In this document: piece after piece, positions 56,640-64,000 of the stretch
How positions within the stretch are numbered: position 1 is the first letter of the stretch
How the letters are laid out: every line of letters begins with the position of its first letter
NCBI GenBank assembly: GCA_023898525.1
Contig: CP060227.1
Coordinates: 173,634 to 237,633, forward strand
DNA: 64,000 nt
Source of the DNA: Candidatus Nomurabacteria bacterium
GTDB taxonomy: Bacteria > Patescibacteriota > Minisyncoccia > Phycocordibacterales > UBA918
Direction: 5' to 3'
The notes under the pieces: model-generated
Told to the model about the DNA's origin: nothing
Seen by the model: the letters and a program-made list of their open reading frames with translations, nothing else
The model's database searches: none
Program-made: the position numbers and the translations under genes

Positions 56640-57986
56640 ATGACAAATACCGAACACCGTTCACTGACCAATGAACCAGTACCAATACTGCTTCGTTCTA
56701 TCGCTGTGCCTGCTTCTATTGGTTTCTTCTTTAATACCATGTATAACGTCGTGGACAGTTGGGTAGCAGGTCAAATTTCCGGAGAAGCTTTAGCAGCACT
56801 CTCTGTTACCTTTCCTGTCTTCTTTATAATCATCGCCTTGGCCATTGGTATCGGTACCGGTGTAACCGCTCTTATCGCCAACGAGCTGGGCGCTCAAAAA
56901 ACCGAAAAAGCCAAGCTATACGCCACCCAAACCATTTCCTTTGGTCTTATCACTTCTATCATCATAACCATTGCCGGTTACCTGGCCGCTCCAACTTTAT
57001 TTAAATTTCTAGGTGCCTCTGACTCATACCTTACGGCCACCCTAGCCTATATGCAGCCAATTTTCCTTGGCTCAATTTTCATTGCCATGGTAATTATCCT
57101 AAACGGTATTCTTAACGCCGTTGGAAATACTAAATCGTACCGCAACGTGCTTGTTGCAGGTTTTTTCTTAAATGTTCTTCTTAGTCCAACCTTAGCCCTC
57201 GGTTGGTTTGGTCTGCCAACCCTAGGTATCTTGGGTATCGCTGTCGCGACCCTCATCAGTAATTTGCTCGGGCTTATCTATATTAGTTACAAAGTTTGGC
57301 AGACCAAATTAATTGACCGAGAATGCCTCAGTTGCTACCTAAAACCAAACAAAAAGATTTACGCGGACATAATGTCACAAGGTTTACCAGCCAGTTTAAA
57401 TATGATGACGGTGGCTATCGGCGCCTTTATTATTACTTATTTTGTCAGTCAATACGGTAAAGAGGCGGTGGCCGGTTACGGAACCGCTATTCGTGTTGAA
57501 CAAATGGTTCTTATTCCTAGTATGGGTATAAATATGGCTGTGTTAGCCCTGATAGGACAAAATAACGGCGCTAAAAGACACGACCGTATTACAGAAATTG
57601 CCGCTGTCGGAATAAGGTATATTTTAATCCTGGGAACCATTGGCACCACCATCCTCTTCTTTGCAGCTGCTCCACTCATGAAACTCTTTACAGAGGAGCC
57701 AGATATAATTGGCTTTGGAGTTGGATACTTAGCTGTCGCGGCCTTTATCACTTGGGCATACGGAATAATATTTGTGACAGAAGCCATTTTGCGCGGGCTT
57801 AAAAAACCAATCTTCCCTTTGATTTTAGGAGTAGTTAGACAGACTATAGTGCCATTAACTGCTTTTTATTTAGTGACTTTCGTTTTCACCTTAAGTATCG
57901 TTGGGCTATGGTGGAGTATTTTTATCATCGTTTGGTCATCGGCTTTGATCTCACTTTGGTACACCAGGCGACAAATGAGTCTGTAA
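56640..57986 (+). CDS. MATE-family multidrug/oligosaccharidyl-lipid efflux transporter
   Basis: 12 TM helices; N-terminal PILLRSIAVPASIGFFFNTMYNVVDSWVAGQISGEALAAL typical MATE TM1; start taken at MTNTEHRS. Confidence 0.7.
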   Translation: MTNTEHRSLTNEPVPILLRSIAVPASIGFFFNTMYNVVDSWVAGQISGEALAALSVTFPVFFIIIALAIGIGTGVTALIANELGAQKTEKAKLYATQTISFGLITSIIITIAGYLAAPTLFKFLGASDSYLTATLAYMQPIFLGSIFIAMVIILNGILNAVGNTKSYRNVLVAGFFLNVLLSPTLALGWFGLPTLGILGIAVATLISNLLGLIYISYKVWQTKLIDRECLSCYLKPNKKIYADIMSQGLPASLNMMTVAIGAFIITYFVSQYGKEAVAGYGTAIRVEQMVLIPSMGINMAVLALIGQNNGAKRHDRITEIAAVGIRYILILGTIGTTILFFAAAPLMKLFTEEPDIIGFGVGYLAVAAFITWAYGIIFVTEAILRGLKKPIFPLILGVVRQTIVPLTAFYLVTFVFTLSIVGLWWSIFIIVWSSALISLWYTRRQMSL

Positions 57987-58079
57987 CCAGCTCCTCTTAG
58001 GAACACCCCCACAATTAAATAGGACATATAATACCGCGTCTAGTCTTTTTAATTTGTGCAGATGTAATATGATTCATAT

Positions 58080-59081
58080 ATGACCAGACGCCAACATAAA
58101 AAAGATAAAACCTACATCATTTTGAGAATAATGGCTATTTTGATTTTTCTACTCTTAATTACAATCATAGCCACCATTGAAGTAAATAAAGTAGACTTTA
58201 AAGCAAACCAACCAATCACAATTGACCCTGTAAATATAGACTACAAACACGAAACTGCCCCAAGTAGCCCTTTTCTACACTCTGAAGAAGCAGTCATCGT
58301 GGAGGTCGGCACATCTACCGAGAAAGAGGTTATACCAATTGATAAAGTTTTATTTGAATATGTAGAAGTGACAAACGGTTGCGGACCACATTTTGAAGGC
58401 GACTGTCTAAATGTCCGCAGCGGCCCCGGTCTTGATTATCCGGTTGTAGCCCAACTTAGAAACGGCATTGTTCTAAAAGTTGGTGGTAAGGTGGAGAGAG
58501 ACGATGAAACTTGGTTTAAAATTATTTTTGACGAATGGCTCCGCTACCCAGAACGAATAAAAGATGATTGGTATATATCTGCTGATTATGTAGAGGTTTT
58601 ATTAGACGAGGGAGATAAAACTGTTTGGGATAAAAAAGACACCGACGCCAAAACCGCGTCAAGCACTATCGCTTCAGACCAAAGTCAATCAACGACCACA
58701 CCAATTAAGAAAATCATTGTCGATCGTTCCGAACAAAAACTCTACGCATACGAGGATGAAGATATCTTTATGGAAATTGATATATCGACCGGGCTAGAAT
58801 TAACACCCACTCCACGCGGTGAATTTACCATCTTCAAAAAAACACCGAGCCGGTATATGCAAGGACCATTACCAAACCTAATTGATCAACAATACTACGA
58901 TCTGCCAGGAGTACCCTGGAACCTCTATTTCACTCATGGCGGAGCCGTTATCCATGGAGCCTATTGGCACAATAGCTTTGGCCATCCATACTCACACGGC
59001 TGCGTAAACGTTGAACCAAACAATGCCAGAAAATTATATAATTGGGCAGACTTAGGAACCAAAGTAATCGTTCGAGACTAG
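58080..59081 (+). CDS. L,D-transpeptidase (YkuD catalytic domain) with SH3b-like N-terminal domain
   Basis: catalytic HGGAVIHGAYWHNSFGHPYSHGCVNV (His...Cys motif of YkuD); TM anchor; SH3b-like NVRSGPGLDYPVVAQLRNGIVLKV. Confidence 0.75.
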   Translation: MTRRQHKKDKTYIILRIMAILIFLLLITIIATIEVNKVDFKANQPITIDPVNIDYKHETAPSSPFLHSEEAVIVEVGTSTEKEVIPIDKVLFEYVEVTNGCGPHFEGDCLNVRSGPGLDYPVVAQLRNGIVLKVGGKVERDDETWFKIIFDEWLRYPERIKDDWYISADYVEVLLDEGDKTVWDKKDTDAKTASSTIASDQSQSTTTPIKKIIVDRSEQKLYAYEDEDIFMEIDISTGLELTPTPRGEFTIFKKTPSRYMQGPLPNLIDQQYYDLPGVPWNLYFTHGGAVIHGAYWHNSFGHPYSHGCVNVEPNNARKLYNWADLGTKVIVRD

Positions 59082-59133
59082 ACCATAAAAAACGTTTTGT
59101 GTCATATTGACCTTATTGTATAATTTCTAGACT

Positions 59134-59961
59134 TTGAAATCATTTAAAGTTATTTCTACTTTATCTATATTGACCGTTGTCGGAGCGACCTACGGTCTAC
59201 TAGAAACTACTCAAGCCTCTCCCTCCCCTCTACCCAATGAAGACCAAAGTCAAAATATATATCCAAGGATAGTTCAGGTTGCATCCGCTAGCGAACTTGA
59301 ATCAAAATCCCCTGAATCAAACCAGACCGACTCAATTAAAAAAACAGAAAAGGTCGAAGATAAAAACTATATTGCAAAAAAAGAAAAACAGACCGAGAAG
59401 ACCAAACTAGCCACAGCCAGTAAAGATAATCTGATCAAGACCAACAAAACCAGCCAAACAAAAGATAATTTTTTTGTTCCTTTCTACTCTCAGTTTCAGG
59501 ACATCTCTGACCCCAGTTGGAAAAAAGTCGGCTGTGGCATTGCCAGCCTGGCCATGCTTATAGAACTATATGAACCAGGAAAAGTTTCGGTCGATAGCTT
59601 ACTTCAAGAAGGTATTGAGGGCGGAGCATACCTAAACGACGCCGGCTGGATACACAGCGGTCTTATTAGCTTAGCCCGGGATTATGGACTTAATGGATCA
59701 ACCAACGACTTGTCAGGTTTGGGTACCGAAAAAGCCTTTTCAAAACTAAAAGAAGCTTTAAATGAAGGACCTGTCATGGCCTCAGTCCATTACACTTTTG
59801 ACCCGAAAAATCCAATTCCCCATTTAGTAGTAATAAACGGAGTTGACGGCAACACCGTCTACTATAACGACCCATCAGAAAAAACCGGTGGTGGCACCAT
59901 CACTTCGGAAAAATTCATCAAAGCTTGGAAAAAAAGATATATAGAAATCAGACCTGTTTAG
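59134..59961 (+). CDS. secreted C39-like (papain-fold) peptidase domain protein
   Basis: signal peptide; KVGCGIASLAMLIELYEP (catalytic Cys context of Peptidase_C39_2), downstream His (VHYTFD...PHLVVINGVD). Confidence 0.5.
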   Translation: MKSFKVISTLSILTVVGATYGLLETTQASPSPLPNEDQSQNIYPRIVQVASASELESKSPESNQTDSIKKTEKVEDKNYIAKKEKQTEKTKLATASKDNLIKTNKTSQTKDNFFVPFYSQFQDISDPSWKKVGCGIASLAMLIELYEPGKVSVDSLLQEGIEGGAYLNDAGWIHSGLISLARDYGLNGSTNDLSGLGTEKAFSKLKEALNEGPVMASVHYTFDPKNPIPHLVVINGVDGNTVYYNDPSEKTGGGTITSEKFIKAWKKRYIEIRPV

Positions 59962-59970
59962 TAAATAGAA

Positions 59971-60010
59971 AAAGCCTGGGTATGTGTTATATATACATAC
60001 CCAGGCTTTC
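59971..60010 (+). terminator. intrinsic terminator-like hairpin AGCCTGGGTATGT...ACATACCCAGGCT
   Basis: 13-bp stem immediately after the C39-like gene. Confidence 0.5.
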
Positions 60011-60293
60011 GCAGAAGTTTTTCCGGACACAAGACCGTAACCCAAACCGCCATTAAGGGGTTATGCTACACCCAAATGTACCCAATTGTACCTTAAGCAG
60101 TCCTGGTACGCCTCTGCAACTTGCCACTCAATGCTATTTTGCTTCGGAGGTGAATGTCCCCCCAAATAATCTTTTATCGCATATATCCTCCTCAACTACA
60201 ATGCAATATTTGTAGTTGAAGCAATATAACACATGTTCTTGCTTTCGTCAATACATCTATCCTGAATTCTCACCCTAATTGCACAATCCTTTG

Positions 60294-61290
60294 CACCCTA
60301 ATTGCACAGGTCAAGATGACATACATACTGCTTTTGTATGTCACACAAACAAATAGGACCGGAAGACTGGCCGGTTATTTCACGTATGCTCAAAGCGGGA
60401 TACTCAGGAGTGGAGATTGCGCACATTATCAACAAAGATCCAAGTGCGGTTAATAGACATATTAAAGCGTATGGTGGTCGGGATAGATACGATGCTCGCG
60501 AGGTTCGCAGAAAGAAAAAACAGGCACGTATCATTGCTATGGAAGGTACTAGAATACTCAAAGGAGTATTATTACGAGAAGTGAAACGATTATTAAAACA
60601 ACACTACTCACCGGAACAGATAGTCGGAGTACGTGATGACATCTCTGCGAGCACTATCTACCGATACATTAACGAACGAGCTCCACACCTTAAACAATTT
60701 CTTCGTTCTCAGAAAGGCAAGTATCGGCGCAAACGAGGCACCAAAATACGTGAAAAAGTTCGTGAAAGAGCCAAGAAACGTCGTATTGATGAACGACCGC
60801 CCATTATTGAACGTCGCTCCCGTTTGGGAGATTGGGAGGGAGATACTATGCTGGGAAGAGACAAACGAGTACGTATTGTCACCTTCGTTGATCGCAGAAG
60901 CGGGTATCTAATTGCGTATCTTCTGCCAAAATTAAATGCTACTTTACTCACTAAACTGGCGGTGGAAAAATTCAGGCGTATACCCAAAAACAAACGAAAG
61001 ACCGCTACCTTTGATAACGGTACCGAGTTCAGTGACTGGGAACGGTTTGAGAAACAAACGAGTATGACTGTGTACTTTGCTTATCCATACCACTCTTGGG
61101 AGCGTGGTACCAATGAAAATACTAACGGGCTACTTCGACAATATTTTCCGAAAGACTTGGATTTCAACACCATTACTCCACAAGAACTTTCTGAAGCGGT
61201 TCGTCGTATAAATCATCGTCCTAGAAAGAGACATAATTTCAAGTCTCCACATCAGATATTTTGGAAGTGATGGTCTGTGCAATTAGGGTG
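60294..61290 (+). mobile_element. IS30-family insertion sequence (997 bp) with 16-bp perfect terminal inverted repeats CACCCTAATTGCACAG; an extra 15/16 copy of the left IR lies at 60271..60285
   Basis: IR at 60294..60309 equals the reverse complement of 61275..61290; contains a single IS30-type transposase ORF. Confidence 0.75.
60338..61270 (+). CDS. IS30-family DDE transposase
   Basis: N-terminal HTH; DWEGDTM (first Asp), FDNGTEF (second Asp), ENTNGLLRQYFPK (Glu), INHRPRK; 310 aa. Confidence 0.85.
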   Translation: MSHKQIGPEDWPVISRMLKAGYSGVEIAHIINKDPSAVNRHIKAYGGRDRYDAREVRRKKKQARIIAMEGTRILKGVLLREVKRLLKQHYSPEQIVGVRDDISASTIYRYINERAPHLKQFLRSQKGKYRRKRGTKIREKVRERAKKRRIDERPPIIERRSRLGDWEGDTMLGRDKRVRIVTFVDRRSGYLIAYLLPKLNATLLTKLAVEKFRRIPKNKRKTATFDNGTEFSDWERFEKQTSMTVYFAYPYHSWERGTNENTNGLLRQYFPKDLDFNTITPQELSEAVRRINHRPRKRHNFKSPHQIFWK

Positions 61291-61317
61291 GTGATTCAAG
61301 TATGTTTGAACCCTTAA

Positions 61318-61360
61318 CCAAAACACACAAACCCTACTTTAAAGTAGGGTTTGTGTGTTC
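61318..61360. terminator. hairpin AACACACAAACCCTACTTT-AAAGTAGGGTTTGTGTGTT between the IS30 right end and the bactofilin-like gene
   Basis: 18-bp stem; no clear U-tract. Confidence 0.4.
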
Positions 61361-61376
61361 ATAAGAAATTAACTTG

Positions 61377-62525
61377 CTAACGCTCTAACCAAAACTTCTT
61401 TTGCATCACATTCACTATAGTTCCCACCGTTATTAAGAATACTAGGAAAGTAATTATCCAACCCACAATCGGTATCAAACTAACCAAGGTGAGCAACAAA
61501 ACTCCGATCACAACTTTGAACCAAGTTATAGTGATCTGCCCGTTTCCAATTAATTTTAGAAGCCATACCCCAGCCAAAACACCGGCATAAATACCAGAAA
61601 GCATTAAAAGTAAAATGTAGGCTAAAATAGTTAAGATTCCTAGCGGCAAGCCAAATATAGTTACAAATAGGAGCACGATAACCACTGGTACAATAACCAC
61701 CGCCACGAATCCCTTACCAAGCTTAGCTAGCGGGTCAGCTATCGCATCTTGAACCACTGTTTCAGAAAAGCGCCTAAATAACCAAACCAGGATCAATGCT
61801 GCCACAATAGTAGTGATCAATTTGAAAACAAACAAAGCTCCCAGCAAAGCTGCGATCACATTCTCAGCATCGGGTTTTTGTGGCCTTTCAACCATTTTGA
61901 ATACAGTTTCGCCTTCCACCACCGCTGCCTCATCTTTCTTTAAAATATTTTCACTCCGCCCCGCATAACCTAGACCACTATTTATAACAGCGGTTTCGCC
62001 CAGAGTTAAGCTGTCAGTTACCTCAGCTTCCACTTTCCCCGACACTTGTCCATTAATAGTCGCCACTCCGCCGTTTATCCTTACGTTACCAAGCACATTT
62101 CCGTCTAATGTCACCTGACCACCAACCAGAATTAGGTCTTTATTGACTGTCACATCAGACGAAACCAGGACCGATCCACCCATCACGATCAACTCGCCAC
62201 CTACGTCACCGGTTAGTAAAATATTTCCACCCGCCACTCTCACATCGCCACCTACGTCACCGAGTACGGTCACCGAGCCACCAACCAGAGCAATATCGTC
62301 AGAAACCTTACCAGTAACTAAAACATTGCCACCAGCCGCGAATAAATCACCAGCGATATCAGCTGCTAGCGTAACATTACCTCCCGCTACATAGAGATTG
62401 TCATTTACCTCAACCCCTTTTTTGATTGACACCTCTTCACCGGCCTGTATGGTAGCCGCCAAAGATACTGTTGGCACCAAAACAACAGCCATTGCCATCA
62501 AAATAATTTTGTTTATTTTTTTCAT
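61377..62525 (-). CDS. bactofilin-like (polymer-forming cytoskeletal repeat) secreted domain fused to a C-terminal 4-5 TM domain
   Basis: signal peptide; repeated GGNVxLxGDVxGDLxxxGG beta-helix repeats (GGNVTLAADIAGDLFAAGGNVLVTGKVSDDIALVGGSVTVLGDVGGDVRVAGGNILLTGDVGG...); hydrophobic C-terminal third. Confidence 0.5.
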   Translation of the reverse strand: MKKINKIILMAMAVVLVPTVSLAATIQAGEEVSIKKGVEVNDNLYVAGGNVTLAADIAGDLFAAGGNVLVTGKVSDDIALVGGSVTVLGDVGGDVRVAGGNILLTGDVGGELIVMGGSVLVSSDVTVNKDLILVGGQVTLDGNVLGNVRINGGVATINGQVSGKVEAEVTDSLTLGETAVINSGLGYAGRSENILKKDEAAVVEGETVFKMVERPQKPDAENVIAALLGALFVFKLITTIVAALILVWLFRRFSETVVQDAIADPLAKLGKGFVAVVIVPVVIVLLFVTIFGLPLGILTILAYILLLMLSGIYAGVLAGVWLLKLIGNGQITITWFKVVIGVLLLTLVSLIPIVGWIITFLVFLITVGTIVNVMQKKFWLER

Positions 62526-62626
62526 ATTAAGAATTATGAATTGTTCAATAAAACTACCCTCTTTATTTAATATGGTACTCCTATTATGGTCTTTTTACCA
62601 GAACAAACGCACTTTCTTCATAGCTT

Positions 62627-63702
62627 TGAATAATCTCACATACATATGAGACTCCTTAAATAAGGAGTAATGAGAATACATAACATTTTAAGGAACACCA
62701 GAGGGTTTGCCAAAGCGGCTGATAGTGCTCTAAAGTGGCAGACAATGAAAAACAAACAGGAGGTCGAAAGAAGAGTTAAAATACTCACGTTTTGGCAAAA
62801 ACATGGTACTAATACCACCAAAGATGCTTTTGGCGTATCTAGACCAACTTTATTTAGATGGCAAAAAGAACTAAATGATAGTAATGGTAATATCCAAGCC
62901 CTAGACCCCAAGAGTACTGCTCCTAAGAAACGAAGAGTGAGACAGATATCACCACCACTAGAGCAAGCTATTATCAACTGGCGTACTAAGCGACCACGGA
63001 TTGGTGGGAAAAAGCTGGTACCGCTATTGAAGAAGGAAGGATTCAAGGTGTCAGTTTCCTATGTTAATCGCTGTATCAGTGATCTTAAAGAACTAGGTAG
63101 ACTACCGAATCCAGTTAAGCTCTCTTGGTACGCTAAGAGTGGTACACACAAAGAACAAAGAAAAACCAAGGTTAAAAAACAAAGAAGACCACAAAAACAA
63201 GGTTTGGAGATAGACACTATCGTGAGACACATAGATGGCACTAAACGGTACATACTCACCGCCATAGACATAGAAAGACGGTTTGCTTACGCTCGTACTT
63301 ATACCAGTCATTCTTCAAATAGTGCTCGAGACTTTCTAAAACAACTTATACACTATACCCCTTTTAGTATAGATGAGATACAGACTGATAATGGTTCAGA
63401 ATTCGCTAAATACTTCCACGAAGCTTGTTTAACTCTTAACATCAACCATTATCACACTTATCCACGTTGTCCTAAGATGAATGCCTATATAGAGCGATTC
63501 AATCGTACCGTTCAAGAAGAACACATTATTTATCACCGATCCCTGCTTCGAGATAGTATTCCTGACTTCAATGATTCACTGAATGAATGGTTGTATTGGT
63601 ATAACCATGAGAGACCGCATGAAGGACTGGGTCTTTTGTCGCCCATGGAGTATTATAGAGAACATTATGAGATAGAGTCTCAAAGGTGGTGAGATCGTAC
63701 AA
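62627..63702 (+). mobile_element. IS481-family insertion sequence, copy 2 (identical to copy 1, same orientation)
   Basis: 1076 bp identical to 38750..39825 by direct comparison; flanks differ; possible short flanking repeat AGCTT/GCTT. Confidence 0.8.
62670..63692 (+). CDS. IS481-family DDE transposase (identical to 38793..39815)
   Basis: identical 340-aa translation. Confidence 0.85.
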   Translation: MRIHNILRNTRGFAKAADSALKWQTMKNKQEVERRVKILTFWQKHGTNTTKDAFGVSRPTLFRWQKELNDSNGNIQALDPKSTAPKKRRVRQISPPLEQAIINWRTKRPRIGGKKLVPLLKKEGFKVSVSYVNRCISDLKELGRLPNPVKLSWYAKSGTHKEQRKTKVKKQRRPQKQGLEIDTIVRHIDGTKRYILTAIDIERRFAYARTYTSHSSNSARDFLKQLIHYTPFSIDEIQTDNGSEFAKYFHEACLTLNINHYHTYPRCPKMNAYIERFNRTVQEEHIIYHRSLLRDSIPDFNDSLNEWLYWYNHERPHEGLGLLSPMEYYREHYEIESQRW

Positions 63703-64000
63703 GCTTTTGACAAGCACAAACAAATAAAGTAACTTACCGTCAGAATCATTTGTCATAGGAGAAAAAACAAATGAGTAGGTATAAGTACTTAGTGATAATG
63801 ACAATATCTGGACCTTCTAAGTCGACATTGATAAGACTGATGGACTTTGCAGCTAACCAAGCACAAACAGAAGCACCTCACCATAAGCTAGCTCCGAACA
63901 TTATGTTACATAGACCGTTTGAAACTACTGATGACACCAACCTCGTAGTTGACTCGTTAAATAAGTCTCTACGAAATGCAAGAAAAACACATGTGACTGT

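Noticed and set aside
60298-60561. Minus-strand 87-aa ORF overlapping the IS30 left end and transposase start.
   Set aside because: It is antisense to the motif-supported IS30 transposase and spans the IR, so it is spurious.

Overview
This 64 kb window is low-GC (about 40%) bacterial DNA with tightly packed, frequently overlapping genes, consistent with a small CPR/Patescibacteria-like genome (inference). It falls into two parts.

Part A (1 to about 37.8 kb) is a housekeeping block, mostly on the minus strand:
- ychF, sppA and mltG.
- A division/cell-wall (dcw) fragment: mraZ, rsmH, ftsL-like, ftsI, murF.
- lysS and greA.
- A rod-shape cluster: mreB, mreC, mreD, mrdA.
- proS, rseP, frr and a short holB-like gene.
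- A Pro/Thr-rich protein and a 1425-aa coiled-coil/LysM membrane protein.
- A VirD4/TraG-type coupling-ATPase homologue and a second MreB-like actin.
- On the plus strand: an HTH-MurA fusion, a PriA-like protein with degenerate ATPase motifs, def, fmt, then hpf.

Part B starts at 38066 with a tRNA-Asn(GUU) gene split by a 606-nt group I intron that carries an HNH homing-endonuclease ORF. Seven bp downstream, a 1076-bp IS481-family element begins. An identical second copy sits at 62627..63702 in the same orientation, so the two bracket about 22.8 kb of accessory DNA. That segment contains:
- A small cassette flanked by 31-bp direct repeats.
- A YciI-like protein and several secreted or membrane proteins.
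- A redox trio: SH3b/cytochrome-b5 protein, NOX/ferric-reductase-like flavocytochrome, NirK-like copper protein.
- A three-gene operon of unknown function (1126 aa, 582 aa, then a 282-aa protein ending in a Tox-WHH nuclease motif).
- A PEBP protein, a MATE exporter, an L,D-transpeptidase and a C39-like peptidase.
- An IS30-family element and a bactofilin-like membrane protein.

No CRISPR array or rRNA gene was seen. All calls rest on reading motifs by eye; no database search was run.
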